A stretch of 64,000 bases of DNA, taken from the human T2T-CHM13v2.0 reference genome, Homo sapiens. The first letter of the stretch is position 1; each line of letters opens with the position of its first letter. A program made the translations under genes and the position numbers. The notes under the pieces were generated by a model, which saw nothing but the letters and a program-made list of their open reading frames with translations, was not told the origin of the DNA and made no database searches. The stretch lies in assembly GCF_009914755.1 (NCBI RefSeq), contig NC_060941.1, one strand, 5' to 3'. Shown here piece after piece: positions 38,572-53,539 of this stretch.

Positions 38572-41500
38572 TGATTAACCATTCAGAGTGCTCCCTGTTA
38601 AGAGCCCCTTGCCTGCGATCCTAACCAGCCCGCCCCCCACAAAGTGCATTCACAGATTCCTGCCCTCCACTGGAGATTACAGCCTCTCAGAACCAGCTTC
38701 TTGGGAACACCCATGCCCAACTCCCCTTTTGTCCCCTCTGACAAAGGCACCAGTTCCGGATGAGGGCACATCCGGGCATTTTGAGCTGCACGAACCCAGC
38801 CCTCTCAAGACAAAGCTGCCTCACCCTGCTGTCGCCATTCAGTGCCCCAGGTGACAACAGTCTCCTGAGAACAGCTGCAGGGAGCGGTTCTGGCAGCTGA
38901 CACCTTTCCAACACTAAGCTCCAGCCTGATCCTCACTCTGGAACCCTCAAAGCCCACTCGTCCCTGGCCACCAGGATGATCCCCTCCCTTCCATCCCCCA
39001 AAGCATGCGTTCATTCAACCACAGGAGTATTGGGCTGCTTTAATATTTCCAAAATGAGGAAGCAGAGCCTGGGAGAGGCCAGTAACTTGCCCATGAGGCA
39101 TTTAGCATCTGCCACTGAAAGGCAAACATAGGATGAATCCCTGCCCTCCTTGTCAGAGGGCTGCTGAATGCATGTCCTCATCCTTGTATAAAGATGAGTG
39201 CTTGAATGAGCTGGGCAGAGCGACACAAAGTGCCCGGCACAAGGTAAAGGTTTTGACAATAGAGGCAGGGCCTTCCTCCCCACACAGCCCCACCCCTTGC
39301 TCTGTTCAACAATTCCACCCACCGTTTTGGATCTCTTTGGAGGGCCATGCCCCCTGCCAGGCACTGCAGGGCGCTGCAACAACCTCACCCCAGTTCCTGT
39401 CCCCAGTGACCCCCGTCCCCAGAACTGTCCCCATGGTTCCTTCTTGTCCTTATGGCAAAGCATTCACCCAGGCTTGGAACAGAGGCCCTCCTGAGAAGGT
39501 GTTAAGGGAGACAGGCCAGTCCCTGCCCATCTCTGGGTCTCAGTTTTCCCTCATGAAAAGAGGGGTGGCCCAGCTCAGCCCTCTTCTCTGTGTATTATCA
39601 CCTGGGTCACCTGTGACTGGTGGAGACTTGTCTCCAGCCTCGGAAACCTAAGTTCCCAGCAAACTACCTGTTAGCTGCCAACTCATCCTTGAACTGGGGC
39701 AGGAAACCCCGTAAATACACACCCCTAACCCACCAGGAACCGCTCTGAGCCCTCAGGAAGGCCAGTCTGAGGCTGTTTAACTAGTGAATCAGTTGCAGAA
39801 AGACTGAAGGTCTTTGGAGAGCCCAAGAGGGAGAAAGGGGAGTCCAAGACCAGCCATAAAAGCCAGCACCCTGTGACTGGTCAGCTCTGAGTCATTCCCT
39901 TATCAGGCACTGATGAGGAGGCCTGCTCCTTGTTAGCGGGAAGGGAGATTGGCCAGATAGTTGCCATGCACACAAAGCCCCAATAGGCAGCTCTGTTTTT
40001 CTGGCCTGATAGGAGGGTCTGGGGAGGGACTTTGTATTAAAGGGCAAAGAATAGAATCAACAGTTCCATTCGTAAGATTAAGGTGTTCTGAGCTCCCTAA
40101 CCTTCAGAGGCACTTGGAGTCCCAGCCCCCTACTCTAAGACCATAAACAGAAGGACAGTTGACTATAGGGTAGCACAGTTTAGAGCCTTTTCAGATCTCA
40201 CTGGATCCTCACAGCAGCCCAGTGGAAAAGGTATTCTTATCTCCATTTTACAGATAAGGAAACAGAGGCTTGGTGAGAGGCAGTAATTTGCCAAAGGTCC
40301 ACCGCTAGGAGTATCAGATTCTGGCCTCCAGCTTCTTGACCATCAGCCAAGAGTAACGGAGGCCCTGCTCTCCCTTCCAAGGAAGTCTCGGCCCCCAAAA
40401 CAACTCCTTTGGGTGCCTTCCCTCAAAATCTTATCATGCCAGTGCCAAGGGCAGTCAACCCCAGACTGAACTGTTGGCTGGGCTAGGGAGAATACCTTGT
40501 TCCCTCTCTCTGGCCAGAAACAGTGCCTGGCCATGAGGTATGTGGCCTTTGGCACTTTCTGATTCATCAAGGACTCAGGAGAACAGTCTGTAGAGGCTGC
40601 CCTACCCAGAGATGGAACTGGAGGTCAAGCTGCTGCTCCCATTTAGGAAACAGTGCTCACAACCAGGAGGCTCCCATCAGCCTCTGGCTTCAGGAGGGCA
40701 GAACCTGGTCAGAGGAGCATCCATCCAATGTTCATGTCTCCAGTCTCAGGTCTGGGGTCTGCAGAAGAGGGGTACAGAGGGTCAGAAGTGATGGGTATGG
40801 AATGGTGAGCTCAAAGGAATCCCAGGGAGGATCCTGCCCAGCCTTCCCCAGCTGGATTCTACAGAACCCCAGCACTATGAGATCCCTGCAGGAAAAAAGA
40901 TCCCTGTCAAATAAGATCGGAAACTCTGCTCTCTCTGACTGTCTTTTGGAGTTTCACAAGGCACAGTACCAGAAGCCCTGGAAACCTCATTTCCTCATTT
41001 GTAAAATAGAGATGATGATGATGAGGAGGAGGAGGAGGATACCTATTTCAGAGGGTTGCTTCAAGTGATAAATGTAATGGTGCTTGTAAAAGGTTTATCA
41101 CAACACCTGGCAAATAGCACTCAAACAGCATTATTATTATTATTATATAATGTTATTTTTATATAGTATTTGTTACTATAATTTTGGCTACAAGTGTTAT
41201 TATTTAACTTTCTTTAACCAGTATTTCCCAAGTGCACTGGACCATGGAATCTTTAAATATCTATTAATAACCCATGAATTACAGAAAAAGCCAGTCCAGC
41301 CCCAGGATGCTCAGAAAGGTAAAGTGACTTTCCTGGGGTCGCATGATGATTCAACCGACTGAACTGAGGCAGATCTGGGATTCATTTCTAACTCCTAACA
41401 CTGAGGCTGAGGCCCCCTCTGCCTCTCCACTTGGACATACACATGAAGCTTCTTATCCTTCAGCAGATGCAGGTGGTTCCCAGAGTGGAGAGGTTAAAGG

Positions 41501-42496
41501 TAGGGGGGTTTTCATCATCCCAGGAGAAATGGGATAGTCATTGGAGACCACAGGAAAGAAGCTGGGGGTGAGAGACCTAGTCCTTGGATAGAATGGAATG
41601 GTGTGATAATGACAACAAGAATAATGATGACCAAGGTGATAATAATACAGTAGATAATCATAGCCAACATCTACTGGGCCAGGCTCCATGCTAAACACTC
41701 TGAATATATTATCTCAATGAATCATGTTAATTAAGTATTATTGTCCCCATTTAACAGTCAAGAAAATTGAGGCTCAAAACGGTTAATACCTTGTCCAAGG
41801 TCACACAAGTAAGTAGTGGACTGGGTATTTGGGCCAAAATCTTTCACTCCCTCAAGCCACAGTCCCAATTGCTAATGCTGCCCTCCTCTCATGGGAAAGG
41901 GATCAAGGTGCCTTCTTCTGCTGCCCTGGAGAAAGAGCCACCAAGTTGGGGAAGGCATTGTATCATCTGCCAAGATCCCAACTTGCCCTGCCTGCTCTGA
42001 TGCACAATTATTTGTTTGGTCAGTCAGTGGGCCATTCAAGCAAGTTTCCTCCAAGTTGAGCCTAGCAGAGGAGACAGACTCGTGTCCATGAGCAAAGCAG
42101 AAGGCTCTGTTCATAATCTGGAGGAGAGGAAAGGTAAATGTGTGGAAAACTTCATGAGCTTGCATGTCCTGTCAATTAGTAGCTCCTTACCTGAACGGCC
42201 TCCGCTTCCCCAGGGACCACCAGCACAAGGAACTTCCTCACCCGCTCCTCCATTCATTCAGTGAACATGCATCAAGCGCAGCTTCTGTGCTACGCATGCT
42301 GCCAGGGGCTGGGGCACAGAAGTAAATACAAATATTTCCTGCCTCTAAGAGGCTGACAATCTGGTAGGGGGGTGTATAGAAGTGTATTAGCTTTGGTGAA
42401 ATGTGGTAGGTTCAATAGCTACATCAATTTTGACTCCTTCCTAAAACCCTGCTATGATATGACAGTTAAGGAGTATTTTAAGAGAATGGAAGAAGA

Positions 42497-42776
42497 GGTG
42501 AGGCACAGTGGCACACGCCTGTAATCCCAGCGCTTTGGAAGGCCGAGGCGGGCAGACTGCTTGAGCTCAAGAGTTTGAGACTGGCCTAGGGAACATGGCG
42601 AACTCCTGTCTCTACCAAAAATGCAAACAATTAGCTGGGCATGGTTGTGTGCACCTGTAGTACCAGCTACACAGGACGCTGGGGTGAGAGGATCACCTGA
42701 GCTTGGGAGGTGGAGGCTGTAGTGAGCCAAGATTGCGTCACTGCACTCCAGCCTGGGTGACAGAGTAAGACCCAGC
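42497..42776 (+). mobile_element. Alu (AluJ-like)
   Basis: Diverged dimeric Alu whose tail runs into a purine tract. Confidence 0.9.
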
Positions 42777-42777
42777 T

Positions 42778-42916
42778 GGAAGGGAGGAAGAAAGGAAGGA
42801 AGGAAGGAAGGAAGGGAGGGAGGGAGGGAGGGAGGGAGGGAGGGAGGGAGGGAGGAAGGGAGGGAAGGAGGAGGGGAGGGAAAGAAGGAGGGAAGGAGGA
42901 AAGGAAGGAGGGAGGG
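42778..42916 (+). repeat. Polypurine (GGAA)n/(GGGA)n tract
   Basis: About 139 nt of only A and G. Confidence 0.95.
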
Positions 42917-43652
42917 TCAAAGATGAGAAATGTCAACAAAAGCTTTAAAGCTCAAAAATGGTAACACAGAAGATGAGAGAAAGCTGAGACCCAGGGTTTG
43001 GGGGATTAGGAAGGGGTCAACAGAGGAGAGAGCAGGAAGCCCGTGAGAGGCAAGCACATTCTCAACATACTCTAAAGAAGCTCAAGAATTGGGGCACCAC
43101 AGACATGGAGAGGAAAAGTGGAAGAGGGACCGTAAGCAGGGCTGGCTGGAAGTTTCTGTCAACAGTACCAGGCCCCCTCCCAGACCCCTACCCAACTAAG
43201 GCAGCCAGGGGACCACCTCTCCCCAATTCAGGAGAAGACAGGAGATTTACTTTTCCTGATTAGACTGGCCTGCTCACAACGTTTGATGATGTCAAGTGTA
43301 GAGAAGCCATGAGTAAATGAACCTCCTCAAACACATTGGTGGGAGGTGGGTTGTAGTAACCACTTTGCAGAGCGATTTGACAATGTCATCATTTTTTTTT
43401 AACATTCATGCACTTCTTGAGCCATCAGTTCCACTCTTCGTGTTCATCCGAAAGAAACCCTGGCCCGTGTATTGAGGAAGTCATATAAAAGGATGCCCTA
43501 TGCAGCATTGTTTGCTACAGTGCAAAGACACAAACAATCACTAATGGCGGGGAGGCGTTCAGTAACTATGTAACATCCTGCTGTGGAGGACTAGAAATTA
43601 AATGGAATGAGTAATGACAATGAATAGTGACACTGAAAACCCTAAAGAACTA

Positions 43653-43960
<308 letters not shown>

Positions 43961-46799
43961 AACTAGTTGTTGGGTACAGTAAATCTAGTTGGAGAGCAAC
44001 ACACTTAATATGATAAATTCATGTCAACATACATTCAAAAGATGACTTATTGCTAAGGTCCATATGAATATGTATGAATATATGCATAGGTAAGGAAGGA
44101 ATCTGATTGAAGGATGGTAGCCAATAGGAACCTAAGCTTAATCTCTATGGTTTTAAGTTTTATAAGAATGTATTTAGTATTTCTTGTTAATTAAAGTAAA
44201 TAATTTCTTAAGTAACACTAAACCACAGACATTTAGAACTAGCCAAATTTCATATAGTCAATACCCTCTTCCCCTCCCTGCACTCACCACTGACATCATT
44301 GTCTCTGCTCATCCACGCCAACCCTAGCCTTGAATTGAGAAATGAGAGAGGAAGTTTTGGAAGAGGGAGAACTAGATGTGAGGAGAAAAGAGACCCTGGA
44401 AAGGGTTTCCATCCTCGTGCCCCTACCCCTGGGTCCGCCAGGCTAGTTTTACTTCTTTATGAAACAAGAAGGCAAAACGGACAAGAAGAACTTTGGAAGA
44501 GTCTGAGTACAGGGAGAGCTCCTTGCAGCCGATGACTTACACCTGAGGAAAGCCCTCCCACTCTGGTTCTCCAAGGATCCATCGTCTGGAAGCATCTGAA
44601 GTTGGCCCCCCTGGGTGTTCTCACAACAGACAACAAGGCTCTCCCAGGTGGTGGCGTGGATCTGTGGGGCTACAGCTGGTGGCAGAGCAGAGGGTATTCT
44701 ATGCAAGACAGCAGCCACCTTGTGGGCACATGCGAGACATTCCCCTGGGGACTTTCTGAAATAACTGGAAGATCTTTAGGGGGTGCTGGAGTGGGAGCCA
44801 CCATGTGGGCCATCAGGCTAGAGCTATTGACCCAGTATTGAGGTATGCCTCAAACCAATCAATGTGATCAAGTATGTAGACACTGGGAATTATGTCTGCC
44901 TGGGGGCATTGAGAGCTATTTAATTACAGAGGCATGACCCTTGAGCAAGAAGCTGACAGACCAGTAGGTATTTCTCAGGCAGAAGAGTAAAGAGAATGGG
45001 GGCCTGGAAGAGATGAGTAACCGGGCCCAGCTTGGGAGACTACTGGCAATTCAATATGGTTGGGCCATGGCAGGAGGGGAGGGAAGGGGGTCGTTGAGGA
45101 CAAGGTCAGCTGTAGGGGAGCTGTAAGCAAGACAATGGAAAGTCATTTTCATCAGGGATGGGATGTGGGTTTTGTGTGGCGAATAGGTTGATGTGTCAAG
45201 GGAAGCAGGGATGACCAGGGATAAAGAACCCAGTTTAGGGTGTTTTAAAATAGTCCATGCTAGAGATGAGAGGGTCTGAATCTAGCCATAGTGGTGGGCT
45301 AGAGAGTAAAGGACAGAGACAAGACCTGCTGTTATGACCTGATGACAAATGGGAGTGATGAAAGAGAGGGACCCTGCACAAAGCACTGCTGTGTGCCAGA
45401 GATGCTGGCCAAGTCCTGGACGGTCTCAGCTGAGCAAGATCCCTGCCACTACCATCCCCCAGCCCTGGGACCCATGCCGTCTCTTGGGGAGCCTTGCTCT
45501 TGCCCAGATGGGGAAGAATCCTATTCACTGTCTTGAAGGGCCCAGCAGCCAGGACAGGGCAGCGCCGGCCATGTCATGAGCAGCCCAAAGCCGCACTCGG
45601 GTCAGGAGGCTGATGCTCTCGGGACTTGAGCCTCCGCACAGCCCAGGTCTGGCCATTTCTGCTGCATCTCAATGGCTTCCTGAGACGTGGAAACCCAGGA
45701 AAGGGGGAGGGCAGGGCAAGTAAGCTAGGTCAGGATGGCCCCTGGTGTTCCTCTCCAAGTCCTCAGGGGAGGAAAAACCAGCCCGACCAGAACCAGGGCA
45801 GATGGTGTGGGTGGGGAGGGACAGCTGAGTCCTGCAAGGAATAGTCCCAGGTCCAGGGGCCAGCTTCCCCGAGGTGCCACATTCCACAGCCTGGGAAGAC
45901 AGGGGCCTGCCTCCTCCTCACTCCCTCTCCCTGGAGGTGAGTACGTGAGCAGGCTCACGCTCACTCCACACAGGGAGGCCCCCCCACCGATCTTAGCCAG
46001 GGGTGTCTCTCTCAGCTTTTGTCCTGCCCTACTCAATTTGGGCCTCATTTGACGCCTCTGCCCCACTTCAAGCTGTGGCCCATTCCATCTGGACTGGGGC
46101 AAGGAGAGTGCCAGACACAGGACAGAGAGAAAGAAAATGTCCGGGTGCCTGCCCGGATTCCCAGCACCCAGGAGAGGGCACCTGGGTGCTTCCCTGCTGC
46201 CTTCTGGCTGACAAACTTCCCTCCCATCAGGATCCTGGTGGGCTGTGGTGGCGATGCTGCCTCCTTCAAGAACAGACTCTGGGCAGTCCCAGATGAGCAA
46301 GACCCCTCCACAGGCAAAATCTTTCCTTTCAAAACCCATCTGATCCCACGACTCCTGAGGGGAAGCTTCAGCTCTGTACTCCCCCTCACCTGGGAAGGTT
46401 CCCGTCCAGAAACTCAAATTGTCCTCCTCGGATGCAGGGGTCTTGGACACTGCAAGCATTTTCACTGAACACCCGCTGTATGCTGGAGGCCACCTCCACC
46501 CGGCGTTGGCCAGAGCATCCTCCCTGCCTACCTGCCCCCTCCCTTTACCTGGATGGCAGCCATGCCAGCTCCTCTCAGTTCCATTGGCATGGGTTTCTTC
46601 TCCCTGATATGTCCACCCTGACCCGCTCAGGCTGGGTCAGCATTCCCACCCCCACCCACTTGCCCAGCACTTACCACAGCTCTGTCTCCCCATCTAGACT
46701 TGGAGCTTCTGTATCTAGCCCCAGGGCTGACTCCAGCACTAGTAAACATTTAATGATTATTTGCCAGAACAGAGCCTTCTCCTGAAGCCCTTTTATTTT

Positions 46800-47400
46800 T
46801 TTTCATTTAACACCAATTATGGTCCACCTTCTGTGTGCCAGGCACCTTCTAGACTCTGGGCTTCAAGAGCAGGGCAGTCTAAAGCTGCCTGCCCTCCTGG
46901 GGCTTTCATCTGGGGTAGGGGGCAGAGTAGCAAAGCCAGGGAGGGGGTCAGCAGGGAAGGCCATTGAGGGGTGGTCAGGGAAGGCCTCTCTGAGGAGGTG
47001 ACACATGAACAGAGACCTGAATGAGGCAAAGGAGCCCTCAGATCCCCAGGGAAGATTATTCCAAGCCAAGGGCACAGCAAAGCCAAAATCCCTAAGGAAG
47101 AGGGAGCTTGGTCTGTTCAGGCAACACCAAGAAGTCCCAGTGGTTAAGAGGGGTGAGCCAGAATGACAGTGTGCAGGAGATGAGCCCAGGGGAGGCCAGG
47201 ACAGAGCACTCGGTGTCTGCGGTCTAATGGAGGCGCTGGCTTTTATCTTGAGAGTAATGGTGCTTTGAGCAGAGGAGCACTGGGACGCCCTCCCCACCCC
47301 TGGCTGCTCCCTGTGGAATAGACCGTGGGGCCCAAAGAGCTGGAGATCTAATAAGAGGCTCTAATGGAGTTCAGGTGAGAGACACTGGGGGCTTGTTCTG
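46800..47400. mobile_element. L2 LINE fragment
   Basis: tgtgtgccaggcac, ggtcagggaaggcctctctgaggaggtgaca and cagagacctgaatga are typical L2 3' motifs. Confidence 0.65.
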
Positions 47401-47810
47401 GGGAGACATCAGAGGACTTCAGGAACAGTGGCCTGGTGCAAGGGATATCCCGAGGGCAGAGCCAGCAGGTCAGGCTGACGATTCATGGGGAGGACAAGGG
47501 AAGGAGAGAATCTTGCATGGCTCCTGGTTGAGGTGTGAGCCTCCTATTTGCACTGAGGTCAGGAAGCTGGTCTGGGACGGTGGTTTATCTAATCCACCTC
47601 CAGGAAAGGAATCACACCGGGGCCCTCCTAGATCTGTGTTGGAACGCGTCCTGGCAGAATTAGGTTCTACTAACCAAGCAATGACTGTACCCCGATCTCT
47701 GCCAGCGCTGATGCCTGCTGAGGGAGGGGAAGGACAAGGGCTGTGTCCACCTGGGCCCTGCCTTCACAGACGGAGCCCACAGTTAGGGGTTGGTATGAAA
47801 GAGGCGACTT

Positions 47811-48128
47811 TCTTTTTTTTTTTTTTTTTTTTTCTTTTTTTTTTTTGAGACAGAGTCTTACTCCATCACCCAAGCTGGAATGCAGTGGCGCAATCTTGGC
47901 TCAGTGCAACTTCTGCCTCTTGGGTTCAAGTGATTCTCCTGCCTCAGCCTCCTGAATAGCTGGGATTACAGGTGCCTGCCATCACACCTGGCTAATTTTT
48001 ATATTGTTAGTAGAGGCAGCGTTTCACCATGTTGGCCAGGCTGGTCTCAAACTCCTGACCTCAAGTGATCCACCCACCTCAGCCTTCCAAACTGCTGGGA
48101 TTACTGGCGTGAGCCACTGCGCCCAGCC
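47811..48128 (-). mobile_element. Alu (AluS)
   Basis: Full Alu with poly-T. Confidence 0.95.
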
Positions 48129-49250
48129 AAGAGACAGATGATTTCTAATGAAGATCTGTGTTTTCTACATTTTCAAAAAAGCAGCAGTGAGCATGTCTCA
48201 CCTCTAGCATGGGTTGAGGGGAGTGCTTATTATTTTCAATTCTGACTCATTCCAGGCTCCACTGGCTTTAGGCTGGCAAGCGGGGCCTTGCAGACTTGGG
48301 GGAGGGGTGGTCAGGTTAGTGAGTTTCTGGACCAGGTGAGCAGGGGGTTGGGGCAGAAGGGGCATTCCTAACAGCAGCTGGAAGGAGCTTCAGAGCTGCT
48401 CTGGAGACAGGATGCTGAGGCCCTGCTCATCCCGGCTCCAACCGGCTGCAGGATAAACATTCATCAGGCAGAAACCACAGAGAATCACATAGCGAGATGG
48501 GCTGCCAGGAGCTGGGAATACCAGGAATGCCCAGGCCTGGGGACTAAGGGGGAGATGAGGGAGAACGGGGGAGATCCCCTTTGCCCCAAGGAAGAGCAGC
48601 TGATGCCTGATCCCATGAGAGGGGCCTGGTATCTGAAGCGCTTTTTGAAGTCAGTTGAAAAGGAACACTATCCCACCTCAAAGACACACACACAGAGTAT
48701 TAACAGAAGACAAAGCCTCACCGGCTCCCTTAGGCATCTCACGTGCATTCCAGGCAGGAACTACCCAGTGCCAGCATCAGCCCTCAGCAGGCTGCCCAAT
48801 TACCAGCCCAAGGCCTACCAGCCGTGCCAGCACCAGGGAGGCACGGGGGATGCACCAAGGAACCACAGTGCCAGGAAGCATCTTCTGCCCTCCCCTGGCT
48901 CAGTCCTGCCAAGACCCTTCCCCCTCCAGTGGAATGTGCTGGAGTTGGAGAGGAAAGTGCTTCCTCCAAAGTCCTTGCCTGGGATTAGGGCTGGAGCCTG
49001 TGGGGATGAGAAGATCCACCAGAGATATCTGTCCTCGCTGAGTAAACATACAATGAGGACCTGGTACACAGAAACCGAACAAACACATCCCAACAGGGAT
49101 ATCCATGTCTGGGGCTTCAGAAGAAAGGGCTGGAGCATGGGGAGAAGAGAGGAGGCTTCACGAACCCCAAGTTTCCCATTCCTGCCATGTCCATGTTACC
49201 TCATCCTTATCCTCACCTTGACTGCTAAGAAACATAGTAAGCATCTTCTT

Positions 49251-49560
49251 GGCCGTGCACAGTGGCTCACACCTGTAATCCCAGCACTTTGGGAGGCCAA
49301 GGCAGGTGGATCACCTGAGGTCGGGAGTTCAAGACCAGCCTGACCAACATGGCGAAACCCCATCTCTACTAAAACTACAAAAATTAGCTGGGCATGGTGG
49401 TGAGTGCCTGTAATCCCAGCTACTAGGGAGGCTGAGGCAGGAAGAATTGCTTGAGCCTGGGAAGCAGAGCTTGCAGTGAGCCGAGATAGAGCCACTGCAC
49501 TCCAGCCTGGGCAACAGAGCAAGACTCTGTCTCAAAAAAAAAAAGAAAAAGAAAAAGAAA
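49251..49560 (+). mobile_element. Alu (AluS)
   Basis: TSD aaacataRtaagcatct on both sides. Confidence 0.95.
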
Positions 49561-51427
49561 CATAATAAGCATCTAAAAGCCCAGCAAGATGATTTAGACA
49601 AAACTCCTACACTTGTAGGATGGGGGCATAGAAATCTTCTAGCCCAGAGATCTTCAAGCCTCGCCTGCTAAGCCCTAAGCAGAGAGGTGGGAGCTGAGCG
49701 GATCTGCTGTGACCACCCACACTCACACACACTTACACACCTCACACAGTATTCACACCTACTCACACATGCACACACATGCATACACATGCTCACACAT
49801 ACACTCACACACTCCCAGGCCTTCTCACACATGCATTCACACTGGTTTTATATACTCAGCTTTCTGTGAGATTTTGCTTCAGCAAAGATTCTCCCTCTTT
49901 TAAAGCCCAAACACGTGCTTCAGCCTACCTCCAGCAGTTTATATAGGTCAGAAAACTGAGAGAGAGTGGGGCCTCAGCCTGCCTAAAGTCCCACAGCTGG
50001 TGTCCTGCTCAGCAGAAACCAGCAGGCAGGTGCCCTGGAGCCAGGATGTCTGTCCCCAGGGGACGACCTGAGCTCGGGGAAGAGAAAGAGGTAAACACTG
50101 TAGGCTCCTGACAAAGGCAGGAGGCAGGCCAGGGTCAGAGGAGGGACATAGACCCGGGGCTGCTGGAGCTCAGATGGAGGGCACCCTGAGTGAGGGATCA
50201 AGGCCTGGGTAAGCAGGGAGGGCGCCCTGGAGGAGGGGGCCCTTCACAGCCCCAGGGTGAGCCACAGTAAATGGTGCCTAGAGTAAGGACATGGAGGTGG
50301 CGGATAGTGGGAAGTTCCAGTAAAAAAGAAATCTTATAAAAACAGGCTAAATGTATTGGCCTCTTCCTCTATGCCTAACTCTGTTCGAGTATGTGGCATC
50401 CATGAACTTGTTTAAATCATCGAAGCTCCCCTATGCTGTGGACACTGTCATCACTCCCATTTTGCCAACTAGGAAACTGAGAGCTACTTGCTTAAGCTGA
50501 GTTTGGTAAGGCACCGGGCTGGGATTTGAACTCACAAGGTCTGGGCCTGCACCTTGCGGTCTAACCACTGTGTCAAAGGAAAACCAGGGAGCAGAGGCTG
50601 CAGAGCTGGTTCGAATCAGACAACAAAGGGCCTAGCAGGTCAAGCCACTAGATTTGATTTTTTATTTTTTTCCTGCAGAAGCCAACAGTGATTGTTTGAG
50701 CCAGGAGATGATACATGCAAAGTACCAGGTGAGTCAGACAGCAGGTTTCCTGAGGCTGGAAACACAGGGCTATCACCCAGCTGGGTCAACAGCCCTGTCC
50801 CAGCACCCCCTCACTCCTTCCCTCTGCTGCCCCACCATCATCGCCTTATCACCTCAAGACCAAAGGACCACAGCCGCCTCCCCCAGAGCTGACCTACCCC
50901 GGCAACTCACCCCAGCACCAGGCTCATCTGTCTCAAGCCAGCTTTGATCAAATCCCTGCTCACAAATTCTCACAGTCAGCCTGTTCTTTACAGCAGCAAC
51001 TCGCCATGTGGTCCTTCCACCCCCAGGACAGAACCCATGGAGAGGCGAGCCAGGGTTACTGAATCGAGTCTTTGTGGATGAACCTGCACCTTTAATAAGT
51101 CTGAATTTTTAATAAGTTCTCCAGGTGATTCTGAGGCTCACTATAGTGTGAGAACCACTAGCCTAACGCATGAGATCCATGAGATATGGGAGAGGCACAA
51201 AGATGGAGGGCCCCCTGAGTGAGGGAGCGAGGCCCGGGTAAGCTGAAAGTGGGTAAGCTGAAAGCAAGATAAAGTGGCTGAAAGAAGCCTAGCCGTGGGC
51301 CGTTTACCTGCTAACAGAGGAAGTCCACGTTAGCATAACTAAAAAGTAACACACCTAGTTTTCTGCTTTCTGTCTGGGTGACCCTGGGCACAGGTGATCA
51401 AAGCCTCACTTGGCACAGCTGCCAAAT

Positions 51428-52013
51428 TGCCAAGAACTGTAAAGGTCTAAAATTTTACTCTTTTTGCAAGTTAAAAAGTTGTCCTGCCATAGTTTTATGG
51501 ATGCTGGCAGAAGACACGAGACCCTGGGTCAGAGACAACGACTTTATTACTCATGGCACAGCAAGAAACTTGAGCTTTATGTTGCAAAGAGCTGTGGGTT
51601 CAAATCCCAGCTCTGTGCCTTACTAAACTAAGCTTAAGCAAGTAGCCCTCCACCCCAAGTACCATGAGGACAACACAAAGCTTGACTCGAGTGGATGCTA
51701 CACTACATATACAATGGGTTTTGTATCACAGCTGAGGAGTTCCACACTTGGGGGAACCAAATTTTTTATAATGGGCTGCAAGAAAACCTGTTTGATCTTT
51801 GCTCCAGAGAGAAATATTGTTATTATTATACAGAACAGTAAAAAAAAAAAAAAAAAAAGCTGCCTCTTTTCCAGAGGAAGATGTCATCTCTGTCTTCCAA
51901 GGAAGTTTACTAGCACATCCTTGAAAAGGCAGACCAGAACAAAAGCTGTCAGTGCCTCTGATTGCAAGATGTGCAGAAATACAAGAGATCCACAGACAAT
52001 TGCCTCCCCAAAC
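51428..52013 (-). mobile_element. Solo LTR, LTR40-like (ERVL), with a short MIR-like piece at ~51590-51645
   Basis: Reverse complement begins tgtttggggaggcaattgtctgtggatctcttgtatttctgcacatcttgc, resembling the recalled LTR40 5' end. Confidence 0.55.
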
Positions 52014-52474
52014 AAATGGGTGTATCAATATTCATCTCTCTTGAAGGTAACAAGTTTTAAATCAGATAATGTGAGAGAAAGTTCGTGGAAAAATGAGGAC
52101 AATTACAATATAAGGAGATAAGAACATGGAGGCAAATAACTAGAGTGAAAGTGGAAAGTAATAAACTGGGAACCTCTTGCAACACAATTTATGGAGACAA
52201 TAAAGCAGGAAGATATTCTCAACCCTTATCACCGACCCAAGGTTAATATCTTTAATATATATAAAGGGCTCCTACAAATAACTAAGTAAGAAACCAAGAA
52301 CCCTGCAGGAAAAAGGGCAAAGAATATGAGCAAACAGTTCCCAGAAAAGGAGCTACAAGTTGCATTTAGACTTATGAAAACGTTCAACCTTACTTGAGAA
52401 GAGAAATGCAAATTTAGAGTACCATGAAATCCCATGATTTACATGTCAGATTGGTAAAGATAAAAAGGTTTGCT

Positions 52475-52781
<307 letters not shown>

Positions 52782-52883
52782 CTAAATTACTATTTGTTGG
52801 GAATATGGGGAACTGGACACACCACACATTGCTGGTAGTATAAGGTCTATGAACAGTCATTTCCAATATGTATCAAAATCTTA

Positions 52884-53040
52884 AGCCAGGTATGGTGGCA
52901 TGCACCTGTAGTCCCAGCTACTCAGGAGGCTGAGGTGGGAAGATTGCTTGAGTCCAGGAGTTCAAGGCTGCAGTTAGCTGAGATTGTGCCACTGCACTCC
53001 AGCCTGGGAAACAGAGCAAGACCCTGTCTCAAAAAAAAAT
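52884..53040 (+). mobile_element. Alu right-arm monomer
   Basis: Single monomer with A-tail. Confidence 0.85.
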
Positions 53041-53539
53041 TTTTTTTAATATAATTCTTTGACCTATCAATTTCTTTCACAGGTGTTTATCTTTCAGACG
53101 TACTTCTGCACATGTGCCAAATGACATGAAGTACTAGGAGGCTCACTGCAGTATTATTTATAATAGCAAAAGACCAGAAATGCCTAAATGTTCATTATAT
53201 GATACATACAATAAATACATATGATAAGTATGCAATAGAATACTGTGCCACCATCAAAAAGAATGAGTCAGCTCTGTATAGTATTGATAGGAAAGATGTT
53301 CAAAGTATTTTATTAAATGAAAATGTAAGATGGTACAGTAATATAGACAGTTTGCTATTATTTTTATGTGTGTGCCAGGGAAGAAGATATGCACATCTAT
53401 GTTGGTAAATGCATTGGGTTCTTTAGAAGGATACACAAGCAAGTGAGATAGCAGGGGATGCTTCTGGGAACGGAGCTGGGAGACTGAATTCAAAGAACGG
53501 AGAGACTAATGTTTTGCTGAATATCCTTTGTACTTTTAA

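Noticed and set aside
45725-46465. 246-aa - strand ORF
   Set aside because: Several overlapping ORFs in GC-rich DNA, no homology I recognise.
48555-49343. 262-aa + strand ORF
   Set aside because: No recognisable domain, ends inside an Alu and has no supporting gene structure; consistent with a chance ORF.
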